Shown here in pieces: positions 18,401 to 26,270 of a stretch of DNA of 64,000 bases. The position numbers were made by a program, and so were the translations under genes. Positions within the stretch are counted from its first letter, which is position 1. Each line of letters begins with the position of its first letter. The notes beneath the pieces are model-generated. The model had not been told where the DNA came from, did not search any database, and saw nothing but the letters and a program-made list of their open reading frames with translations. Source of the DNA: Bacteriovoracaceae bacterium (GTDB lineage Bacteria > Bdellovibrionota > Bacteriovoracia > Bacteriovoracales > Bacteriovoracaceae); contig JBLWTJ010000001.1 in NCBI GenBank assembly GCA_048270185.1, positions 768,001 through 832,000 on the forward strand. Direction: 5' to 3'.

Positions 18401-20491
18401 GCAGGATCTATTTGTCACACGAATTTAGACTGTGGACCAAATAGACTACATGCTGATATCGCAAGAGGTCTCTCACCTGCAAGCTTTGGTGGAACGATGG
18501 CCGAGCAACAATTCTGGGAAGAGGAACTTGTTTGTGGACAATCTAAAGAAGAGCCACTTCTTAATACGATACTTGCAGCAGATTATTATAATTACGACAT
18601 GTCAAAGAACCTTTGTTGTCGCGAAATATCGAAAGACTTTACAATGTATACAGCAGTTGGTTCAAGCACGACTCTTCCGGGTTATAATGTTCAAAACGAA
18701 ACACTTGATGCTTCGATAAATAATGCTGAAGAAGCTGGGCGCTATTCACGCTATCTAGCTTCTAAAACTTTTAGCACTTCATCTGTTTCTATGTCAGTTG
18801 ATGAAAATGCCGTACCATCGGCAAACCAGGCCCTCGTAATTAACGAAACAGGCCGCTCAAATTGTTGTGGTGGTGGTTTCATCAGAAAGTTTGAAGACGG
18901 AACAAATAATTGGACAAGTGGAGGACGCCTAAGTATTTCTCCATCTAATCTTGCCTGTATGAATTATTCAATGAAGTCATGGCAAGAACCAATTACAGTA
19001 GATGGACGTTCAAATTGGCTAATGGAATACTCGTATATGAGTGCAATTGGCGGCTACCGAAACTATAGCTCTGGTGGACAACCATTTGTATGGCTTAAGG
19101 CCGGTGACCCAATTGGAAGTATTCAGGCCAATATTGATGAGGAGTCAATAGATCCACCACAAGTGATTAATACGACCAATCCAATTGGAGGACGTATCAG
19201 CCTCTACCCTGCTGATGAATCAGGGACACTATTTAATACAAAGATTGCATATGGTATCTATCAAGAGACAGGTACTAATGATACATATAATGCACCTTAC
19301 TCACCGGTTATTCTAAAACCAAATAGATTTAATAACCCAATTGCTCCGGCCCTTGGGCGAGACGACCTCGATCAAAGAACATTGGCCATCTATATACCAG
19401 AGTATATTGATACTGCTTCAATTCTTGCTAATGATGAAGTTGTTCTAAACTATATTACAGATGCTGATGCTACTGATTTCTCAGGTCTTGCCGACTTAAC
19501 AATTCAAACAGCAGACTTTGTCTACTCTGATTGTTCAGGATCTAGCCTATCTTCAATCAGTACAACACTAGGTTCAGCTAGTACAGAGCCTGTTTACTGT
19601 ATCCTAGAAGAAAATGGCTTTAAGTATATGCTCTTTAGTGTCATAAATTATACTTCTACAAATCCTACTTTTGAGCTTGGTTGGCCATCATTTACTTTTA
19701 ATATTAAAGATGATGCATTTGGAACGAAACCAGGTGGACAGAAGTATTACGAAAGAATCATGGAAAAGTATGAACTTCTAGGTGTCCCACAAGTAACTTA
19801 TGAAGCCATTCGCTGTAATGATCAAAAATATGATCCTGCACAAACTACAACTAATATTGGACGTCTTGTAGACGGAATCTATAATAGCGTAACAGACCCA
19901 TTCCAAACAGACTCAATTGGAGGCGGTGCCCTATCTATCGATTCAAAAGTTCATTATAAGACAGATGGGTCGACAATATCTCTACCACAGATCTTCTCTG
20001 CCGATGAATTTAAGTGTTGTTCAAAACTTGGAACAAATGTAACTGATCCAGGATCAATGTGTTGTTCAGGTTTTGGTGTCCTCAATGCTGATAATACTTA
20101 CGAGTGTCGTTTACCTAGTGGAACAGACCTCAATACTTACTTAAACCTATTTATCTCTTCAGAGGGAATTGTAACAGATAATGTAGACCTTTCACTAAAT
20201 CCGGAGACTGATTATGTTCAAGCAACAGGCTTCCCAGATATAGAAGAAGACGATGTCGTTACAAAAATTACTCAAATAGGTATTAGATTCTGTCAGCAGG
20301 GTACGGTAAGAAATGGTGCGGCTTTTGATAAGTACTACCCACAACCAGCAGCAGGTTATTTTACAGACGATGACCAGCTTACACAGTACAATTCGATAGT
20401 TGATTCAATGGACGACTTGACGGCCACTGATAGCAATTACACAAGCTTTATCTCAGGGTTCCGTTGGAATAGCCATATCTATTGTGACTAG
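15476..20491 (+). CDS. Giant Cys-rich lipoprotein (1671 aa), probable surface protein/adhesin
   Basis: Lipobox LLTS-C20; about 51 Cys by manual count including several CC pairs; Ser/Thr/Asn/Asp-rich; AGGA RBS. Confidence 0.85.
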   Translation: MKFKTTLITFASLILLLTSCMQAANNRKSANSNEEEQESSGLILDNPTAASWYAKGQYVEGPLTLSSSDTENIYLVGGVVNNYLVDQQKTNQPFCLIASINNLTDPINKRPQARFKVVPVKSSQTQETSFRINLSNEIDNKAFCSGDNIQSYDGAGNLQTYSANQAAYSLSTICPTCNSSFTTTKLRIHHSSNGVATNNIIPSSSISLNSLSITISATSTVTDPTGSCTNTSCQSQGYGCCLNGQCVIDGEVRPETDQTSSEYQTALAEILNDENSFQNYPNLFFVCPIHVQPDDGDDDNTTDPIDEANQSLLKDIEDYKCLLGQTDHCDPDVDSVRVKVWQKCGCQFEPTYVAGELQLDSRCIDYGLKATKDANDNITNITCDIPVAENEDQPFQNLSVLVSGKSAPHRFYSLSGTPYDDLSEIPEGTNQEGDTFFYLDAANKAGPVESTYSMNSIIGQMTLDLQQAQPAKAIDIEVDNVYIISVTSGYATPCPYCQQDAWQKVFSSHPESNRGYGLTWRGYTTDRQAIGSNTTYGNYEDTIFGRACWVPPTMIPNAHKSYPSAGVQRRNRLEAQAAMYVNGYQRDWFGFNQGALIGSFDGTSWFAIGAGRRVRSTTQKLFLAINAPFADLSQNTNYTVSVIEDLGGQTAADFEWDFTKTASDITQNYGASCQYMHSCETDSDCVSKLGWEYTCGQVTDMRTNWPKYDIEAFEKNNYTREAVSLSSILATNISGGQNKRCVYRGAGAPCKLNPNDNVKKQSQQKLLTCAPNFYCAALDSGNFTKELIRSPNEPSGILFGQAANVLGRPAQYMDRTSSLPISVQEAIATNLSAYAATGTYGAGDVGLCVPGRSVNATQASNTDDEQSGIDAFVSRHQTRDPLERTDYISQIGICDETLSGINQTRSCPVFDDEGNYFYSENSDINIPSVLQNMCSRASVDDSTNLSVFKTIEAPRLSEVLQLHTESLAANACLRRAGSICHTNLDCGPNRLHADIARGLSPASFGGTMAEQQFWEEELVCGQSKEEPLLNTILAADYYNYDMSKNLCCREISKDFTMYTAVGSSTTLPGYNVQNETLDASINNAEEAGRYSRYLASKTFSTSSVSMSVDENAVPSANQALVINETGRSNCCGGGFIRKFEDGTNNWTSGGRLSISPSNLACMNYSMKSWQEPITVDGRSNWLMEYSYMSAIGGYRNYSSGGQPFVWLKAGDPIGSIQANIDEESIDPPQVINTTNPIGGRISLYPADESGTLFNTKIAYGIYQETGTNDTYNAPYSPVILKPNRFNNPIAPALGRDDLDQRTLAIYIPEYIDTASILANDEVVLNYITDADATDFSGLADLTIQTADFVYSDCSGSSLSSISTTLGSASTEPVYCILEENGFKYMLFSVINYTSTNPTFELGWPSFTFNIKDDAFGTKPGGQKYYERIMEKYELLGVPQVTYEAIRCNDQKYDPAQTTTNIGRLVDGIYNSVTDPFQTDSIGGGALSIDSKVHYKTDGSTISLPQIFSADEFKCCSKLGTNVTDPGSMCCSGFGVLNADNTYECRLPSGTDLNTYLNLFISSEGIVTDNVDLSLNPETDYVQATGFPDIEEDDVVTKITQIGIRFCQQGTVRNGAAFDKYYPQPAAGYFTDDDQLTQYNSIVDSMDDLTATDSNYTSFISGFRWNSHIYCD

Positions 20492-20569
20492 TAATAAGAC
20501 ACTGTCTAATAACTGAACACCCTCTATCTTTTTTACAATGATTTTTTAAGTAGTTAGCACTTGCCTCTT

Positions 20570-20586
20570 TTGGCATCCCTCTTGCT
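20570..20586 (+). promoter_or_regulatory. Sigma-54 promoter
   Basis: TTGGCATCCCTCTTGCT (TGGCAT-N5-TTGCT), 43 nt before ATG 20630. Confidence 0.65.
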
Positions 20587-20629
20587 TTATATATTGCATA
20601 TAAGTTTTAAAGCACACACAGAGGGTATT

Positions 20630-21685
20630 ATGAAAAACCAAAATCTTTCTAAAATTCTAACTATCGCAATTTTCACAGGAATTGTTCCACTTTCATCTTA
20701 TGCAAATATCTGTAAGATCATTGAAGCTAAGTTTGAAAGAACTGAATATAAGAAGATCAGCGACTTTGATGATGACTTTAAAGAAAGGTATGAAAAATAC
20801 AAGAAACGTTGTGACTTAGATAAGTATGCTAAAGCTGAAAAAGAATACCAAAAGAAAGTGAAAGAACAAAAAGCTGATGCAAAAGAACGAGAAGATCTAA
20901 AGAAAGATCGTGAGACTTTTAAGCTAACAAAAGAAGAAATTAGAGACTACTACGACAACTCTCCTATTATCGCTTACCGTGGAGTTTTAAGATATAGCAC
21001 TTACAATGGAAAAAAGAATATTTATCTACAAAAAGCCTCTGATGCTAATGCTGTTTGTAAGAATCTTCTTGACGACAAAAATGCAATGGCAAAGAGTGCG
21101 ACAATCACATTTGCAGAAAAAGAGCACTTTACAGATACAAATACAGTAGAAATGTCAGACGTACTTGAGCAAAATTATGATGGAGACTCTTCACTTGGTT
21201 TTACAATTGAGAATAAAGGATTCTTCAGCTCATCTGAAGATGTCGTGGCAGGTACTGTTGTAAAGAAGTTTGAAACAGATAGAAAGAAGAGACTTGAGTT
21301 CTTAGCTGATCTACAGATTAGACAAGCTTCAGGAAGGCCATCAACTTTTATTGGAGATATTAGAGCACTTGAGTTTACTGATATTGAATGTGTTGTAAAT
21401 CCAGTAAATAAGAAAGATGATCTTGAAGATATTAAAACTAAATTAACTGTTAAAACAAAGGTTAATGAATTGATTGTTGACGGGGAAAAAGAAGAACAAA
21501 AAATTGCAATTAATTTTGATGACCAAGAACTAAGAAACTTTACAAAGCAAAAAGGTGTAAAAGACGACTCAAATGACAGAACAGTGAATGACACTAATCG
21601 TGGCGGAGCAAGCTCAAGTGACTACACGACTGACGATATTATCGATGACATCATGAACGGTGGCTCAAGATCATTTGGACAATAA
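20630..21685 (+). CDS. Secreted hypothetical protein
   Basis: ATG 20630 after GAGGG gives signal peptide MKNQNLSKILTIAIFTGIVPLSSYA. The track's upstream TTG start overlaps the promoter. Confidence 0.8.
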   Translation: MKNQNLSKILTIAIFTGIVPLSSYANICKIIEAKFERTEYKKISDFDDDFKERYEKYKKRCDLDKYAKAEKEYQKKVKEQKADAKEREDLKKDRETFKLTKEEIRDYYDNSPIIAYRGVLRYSTYNGKKNIYLQKASDANAVCKNLLDDKNAMAKSATITFAEKEHFTDTNTVEMSDVLEQNYDGDSSLGFTIENKGFFSSSEDVVAGTVVKKFETDRKKRLEFLADLQIRQASGRPSTFIGDIRALEFTDIECVVNPVNKKDDLEDIKTKLTVKTKVNELIVDGEKEEQKIAINFDDQELRNFTKQKGVKDDSNDRTVNDTNRGGASSSDYTTDDIIDDIMNGGSRSFGQ

Positions 21686-21707
21686 GAACGAATAAATATA
21701 GATATCG

Positions 21708-21734
21708 GGCCTGCTACTGCAGGCCTTTTTTTTT
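21708..21734 (+). terminator. Rho-independent terminator
   Basis: GGCCTGC-TACT-GCAGGCC followed by T9. Confidence 0.9.
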
Positions 21735-21767
21735 GACCCTAAAAACAAATCCAAGTAGAATTAATAT

Positions 21768-22520
21768 ATGAATAAATACTTGCTCGCCGTAGGGCTCACT
21801 CTCCTATTTAGCACTTCGATATATGCTCAAACTGATGACGCTGCTGAAGTCATTGAAGAAGTAAAATTTCAACCTCATATGATTGAGCATCTCAACAAAG
21901 GCTGTCCAGAGAACTCTAGTTGTACGAAAGAAGTCGGAGAAATATCGGAAAAGTTTAAAGCAGCATTTAAAACAAATAAAACATCTCAATTCGTCAAAAG
22001 CTACGGGGTTCCATTTAGCTTTTGGACAACAAGGCCAAAAGAGAAAAATACCATAATCTATCAATCACGCTGTAATAACCACAGACCTCAAAAGGATAAG
22101 TTTGGTAAAACTGTTATTGATCGTCCTAATATATATGAGGGAATTAGATTTATAAAGAATACGCAAGATTTATTAGCTGATAAAGATATTCTACCTAATG
22201 TAATGCTTAGAGATAAGAGTAATAAACTTGAAATAATCCCAAGGGCAGCTCTTCCTGCTTTTACAAGTGGAAATCAAAGTTTTTTCAGACAATCATATCG
22301 TGATAATGACTTTCAGCTTGTTATTTCAAATGGAAAGCTTGATCTAACTCAGAGAAAATTTCCTGATGTCGAAATTAAGAATGTTCAATGCTCCAAAGAG
22401 CTTATTGAAAAATTTAAAAGTTTAAGTAGTACACAATTATATCAAAGTGCTTACTGTAAGAGTATCTATGATACAAAGAGCAAGAAGTATCAACGCTTCA
22501 TCTTTGGCTGGAGCTGCTAA
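21768..22520 (+). CDS. Secreted hypothetical protein with Cys pairs
   Basis: Signal peptide ending IYA; GCPENSSC motif; C-terminal GWSC. Confidence 0.78.
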   Translation: MNKYLLAVGLTLLFSTSIYAQTDDAAEVIEEVKFQPHMIEHLNKGCPENSSCTKEVGEISEKFKAAFKTNKTSQFVKSYGVPFSFWTTRPKEKNTIIYQSRCNNHRPQKDKFGKTVIDRPNIYEGIRFIKNTQDLLADKDILPNVMLRDKSNKLEIIPRAALPAFTSGNQSFFRQSYRDNDFQLVISNGKLDLTQRKFPDVEIKNVQCSKELIEKFKSLSSTQLYQSAYCKSIYDTKSKKYQRFIFGWSC

Positions 22521-23441
22521 TTGAGATCAAATGAGTTAGAAATTTGTGTCTATAACCTCGAAAACCTTTTTATTAAAGAGGCCTTTTATCACCCACCAAA
22601 TATTAATTACTTCAAGTCTAAGATCAATCTTAATCTACTTAAGCGTGTCTTTGATGAAATCAATGCAGATATCTATGCACTAACGGAAATCGGAGAAATT
22701 GAAAGCCTTGAATACTTCAATGAAAATTACCTTGAAAGTCGATATGAAATCTATCACGCCAAGGGAAATAGTGACCGTGGTATCGAAAACGCATTCTTAG
22801 TAAGAAAAGGTTTAACGATTAAATGTGAGCACTATACTCATACTCAAAGAGAAATTGACTTTCAGCTGCATCACGAGGACGATCAAGCCTATTTTCTAAG
22901 TCGTGACTTTTCCCATCTTAGGCTCTTTAATCAGCAGGGAGTGCACGTCCTAAGTCTTCTCAATGTTCACTTAAAATCGCAACGTGATGATGATACAGGC
23001 CACGACTTCCGATCAGTTCGTCGACGTGGGGCCGAGCTAAATCTTCTTATGGATATCTATAAGGAAGAACTTGGGAAGTTTCCTGATACTCCAATTATTC
23101 TATGTGGTGACTTCAACGGCAATGCTACTCTTGAAAAGACCGACGATGAATTTAAAAGAATTTACGAAGAAACAAGTTTAAAAGACGTGCTCTACCTCAA
23201 GGGCCTACCAACAGAGTATCGCACGACATTTTATCAATTTGCAGGCCAAGCGGCCCATCCTTTACAGCTTGATTACTGCTTTATAGATGAGCGCTTTGCA
23301 TCTCAATTAATCGATGCGGCCGTCTATCGTTATAAGAACTCCACCGGTAAGGTGTTGGGAGCACCGCGCAAGCGCTCTGATATTTGGAATAATCCATCGG
23401 ATCACTACCCAGTCTATGCTCTCTTACGCATTAATAATTAG
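22521..23441 (+). CDS. Endonuclease/exonuclease/phosphatase (EEP) family protein
   Basis: YNLENLF, LTEI, VHLKS, CGDFN, LDY, SDHYP catalytic motifs. Confidence 0.88.
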   Translation: MRSNELEICVYNLENLFIKEAFYHPPNINYFKSKINLNLLKRVFDEINADIYALTEIGEIESLEYFNENYLESRYEIYHAKGNSDRGIENAFLVRKGLTIKCEHYTHTQREIDFQLHHEDDQAYFLSRDFSHLRLFNQQGVHVLSLLNVHLKSQRDDDTGHDFRSVRRRGAELNLLMDIYKEELGKFPDTPIILCGDFNGNATLEKTDDEFKRIYEETSLKDVLYLKGLPTEYRTTFYQFAGQAAHPLQLDYCFIDERFASQLIDAAVYRYKNSTGKVLGAPRKRSDIWNNPSDHYPVYALLRINN

Positions 23442-23504
23442 TAGCTTAGGGGTCTTTGCTGCGATGCAATTGCAAGTATGAATAAGATCATTTAAAAATT
23501 CTCC

Positions 23505-24788
23505 ATGCATCAAATTCAACGCCTGATAATTCTATCTTTATTTGTTCTTCCAACTCTAGCAAAGACAGTTGTTGCTATTAGTGACAACCAAATTGATACC
23601 AATCATATTGATTTGAGAGAGCACCTTTATACAAATATTTCTGAATATAAGAATGGAAGAGACAGTGATGGAAATGGAAAAATTGATGACCTTCATGGTT
23701 GGAGCTTTGTTCACGATGAAGCCTTTATCTTTGATGATTCTTTGTTAAATTCTTTTGATCCACGAGTATATGAATACTATGAAATCAGAAAGAAGAAGAC
23801 TCTAAAGACAGCAAGCGAAGAAGAGCTTAAGTGGTACAGCGATATTAGAAAAGACGATAAGTTCATGGATAGTCGCAGTGACTTTTCATCGTATACTCAC
23901 GGGTCACACGTAACTTGTATTGCCATGGAAACTCAGAAGATTCCAAGAGAAATGACTAGAAATGATCTTCAATTTCTTCCAATCAGATATTTGGGAGATG
24001 ATGCAAAAGGCCTCTTCAAAAAGACCGAATACAAGGCCAGTAATAAAAAATATCAAACAGGCAAAATTAATCATATCAGAAAATATATGCGCAACTATGA
24101 AAATTGGATGATCGAAAAGTTCAAAACAACAGTTGAGTACTCATCAAAAACGGCCAGAATTTATCATGCATCTTGGGGGCAAAGCTGGGAGCCTAGCTAT
24201 AATATGATCAACGAATTATTCCAAGAAGAGTTTAACTTAAAAGAAAAAGAAGTTGATGCAAAATTCAAAATTCAAATCGAAAATATGCGTAAACAATTTA
24301 TGCTAAATATTATCCGTAAAGGAAAACTAGTCATCCAACGATATCCGCAAATGCTCTTTGTTTTTTCAGCAGGAAATAAGAAAGATAATACAGATGAAGC
24401 ACTTCACTACCCATCTTCAATTGTTGCGGATAATGTAATCTCAGTTGGAGCTATTGATGAGCACGAAAAAGAAAAAGCCTACTTCTCTAATTTTGGAAAA
24501 GAAACAGTAACAATATTTGCTCCAGGTGTTGCTATAAATTCTTGCTCACCAGGAGATCGCTACATACCTATTAATGGAACATCTCAGGCGGCTCCTCATA
24601 TAACGAATACGGCCGCTATTATTTTCTCGATGGCCGACTATTACGCCAAGGCAATCACTCCAGCTCAGGTTAAAAGGATACTCATTAACTCAGGTACTAA
24701 ATTAGAAAGCTTAAAGGATTATTCTCAAAGTTCAGCTAAGCTTAATAAAACACGTGCAATTGAGCTAGCTCGCAAAATTCTACGCTAA
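23505..24788 (+). CDS. S8 (subtilisin-like) serine peptidase
   Basis: Asp (AISDNQID), His (HGSHV), oxyanion Asn (SAGN), Ser (GTSQAAP); DSDGNGKIDDLHGW Ca-binding loop. Confidence 0.88.
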   Translation: MHQIQRLIILSLFVLPTLAKTVVAISDNQIDTNHIDLREHLYTNISEYKNGRDSDGNGKIDDLHGWSFVHDEAFIFDDSLLNSFDPRVYEYYEIRKKKTLKTASEEELKWYSDIRKDDKFMDSRSDFSSYTHGSHVTCIAMETQKIPREMTRNDLQFLPIRYLGDDAKGLFKKTEYKASNKKYQTGKINHIRKYMRNYENWMIEKFKTTVEYSSKTARIYHASWGQSWEPSYNMINELFQEEFNLKEKEVDAKFKIQIENMRKQFMLNIIRKGKLVIQRYPQMLFVFSAGNKKDNTDEALHYPSSIVADNVISVGAIDEHEKEKAYFSNFGKETVTIFAPGVAINSCSPGDRYIPINGTSQAAPHITNTAAIIFSMADYYAKAITPAQVKRILINSGTKLESLKDYSQSSAKLNKTRAIELARKILR

Positions 24789-24795
24789 TTTTGGC

Positions 24796-24822
24796 TAAAA
24801 CTCTGTGTCTATCTGACGATAA
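24796..24822 (+). promoter_or_regulatory. Putative sigma-28 (FliA) promoter
   Basis: TAAA-N15-GACGATAA, one mismatch from consensus. Confidence 0.6.
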
Positions 24823-24844
24823 GAATAGATAAGAGGTATTAGCT

Positions 24845-25612
24845 ATGAAGAAATTAACAACACTATTTTTCCTTATTTCACTAACGAGCTGTTCAAGCTT
24901 TAACCCAAGTAAGGACCCTATTGAGCAAAAACTTTCAGAATTTGAAGATCGTTCAAATAGTGAAGTTAATCCGATACCTCCTTTTAAGATAAGACATTTT
25001 GACAAGAAAAGTCGAGGTCCTGCCAGTGCAAGTGAGGCTGAGGTAACAAGAGATATCTCCAAGCTCAATAATAAGAAAGTTTACTTTCTTTCTCTCTATG
25101 AGCAGTACTTAACTTTCTCATCTTTATACCCAAGTTTTAAAAAAGAGATTAAAACTTGCGCCTACTTCCATCAGGAAGTTGTTAGCTACAAAGACAAGGC
25201 CAAGAACTGGGAGTATGAATTAAGAGAAGAAATTAGTGATGATATCGATAATATCGTTTGGCACTTACCTTATGAAGGTAAACGTGCAACGAAAGAAACA
25301 CTTCCACTTGCTATGAAAGAACATATGGACCGTACTTATACTGAACTTTCTAACCTTTGCTATAACGGTTTCTCTGATAATTACTATGTCTTTGAAAATT
25401 ACATAACACTGGCAAAAGATAAGAAAGTTGCGGCAGGAACACAAGAAGGTGCAAATTCACTAATTAAGAACTCTATTGTTTTCAATAAAGTACTTATTGA
25501 TAATCTTTCAAAGAAAAAGAAAGTACCTGTTGGACGTGGAATAGCATCAAAAGTACAAGAAATTGAATACACGGATATTTCGTTTCGTCGACTACAAGCA
25601 CTTTGGTTTTAA
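24845..25612 (+). CDS. Hypothetical lipoprotein
   Basis: Lipobox LTSC; GAGG RBS; RGPAS/RGIAS motifs. Confidence 0.8.
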   Translation: MKKLTTLFFLISLTSCSSFNPSKDPIEQKLSEFEDRSNSEVNPIPPFKIRHFDKKSRGPASASEAEVTRDISKLNNKKVYFLSLYEQYLTFSSLYPSFKKEIKTCAYFHQEVVSYKDKAKNWEYELREEISDDIDNIVWHLPYEGKRATKETLPLAMKEHMDRTYTELSNLCYNGFSDNYYVFENYITLAKDKKVAAGTQEGANSLIKNSIVFNKVLIDNLSKKKKVPVGRGIASKVQEIEYTDISFRRLQALWF

Positions 25613-25691
25613 TTAGCATTAAGCTAAATTAATATTTCTTAAGTACTTCCTACTCTATCTTTTAAAAGGTTGTTGGACCTATGATTAATCT

Positions 25692-26270
25692 ATGAAGAGA
25701 TTAATTATACCAATGGCCATAATATTCTTTCTTACTTCTTGTACCCCACAACCCAAAGAGCAACGACTTGCTCAGCTCACTCGTAGTTTTTATGAAATTC
25801 CAGATTTTTTTAAAGTTGAAGTTATTGGAATTGATATTGCAAATGAGGTTCTCGACAAAGATTATAATTGTTTTGAATACGCACTTGATATTAATCTGCG
25901 AGCAAAAGAGGATCTCCTTACGCTTAGGCCAGAGAAGCCCTTTGGAAAGTATAGGATTAGGACAACTCGCGGAGAGGAATTTATTCCAATAACAAATACT
26001 AAAGTGAAACTAGAAGAAGAAATAAGGTATTATGAAGAGCAAATCGATCAAGTGGCACTAATAAAGCAGTGTATAAGAATGCGGGGTAAACGTTGTTTAA
26101 AGTATCGCCGAATCAAAGCATCTAGAAATCATAAAGAAAAGATTATTGGACGAAAGATTGCCACAACTAAAAAGTTCTTCCCGCATCCAATAAATAAACA
26201 TCAGAATACAATTATTGAGAAATTACCCATTATTGTTTGCCAAAACAAGCTTACGAAGAGATGGAATTAG
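25692..26270 (+). CDS. Hypothetical lipoprotein (basic)
   Basis: Lipobox LTSC; Lys/Arg-rich C-terminal half. Confidence 0.7.
   Translation: MKRLIIPMAIIFFLTSCTPQPKEQRLAQLTRSFYEIPDFFKVEVIGIDIANEVLDKDYNCFEYALDINLRAKEDLLTLRPEKPFGKYRIRTTRGEEFIPITNTKVKLEEEIRYYEEQIDQVALIKQCIRMRGKRCLKYRRIKASRNHKEKIIGRKIATTKKFFPHPINKHQNTIIEKLPIIVCQNKLTKRWN

Noticed and set aside
15476..20491. Multihaem cytochrome or RTX/T1SS substrate interpretation of the giant protein
   Set aside because: No CxxCH motifs and no GGxGxD repeats; it has a Sec lipoprotein signal, which T1SS substrates lack.
20561..20629. Upstream in-frame starts given by the ORF track (also 5789, 7194, 11873, 38881, 41033)
   Set aside because: Downstream starts fit better with RBS position, signal peptides or lack of overlap with promoters and neighbouring genes.
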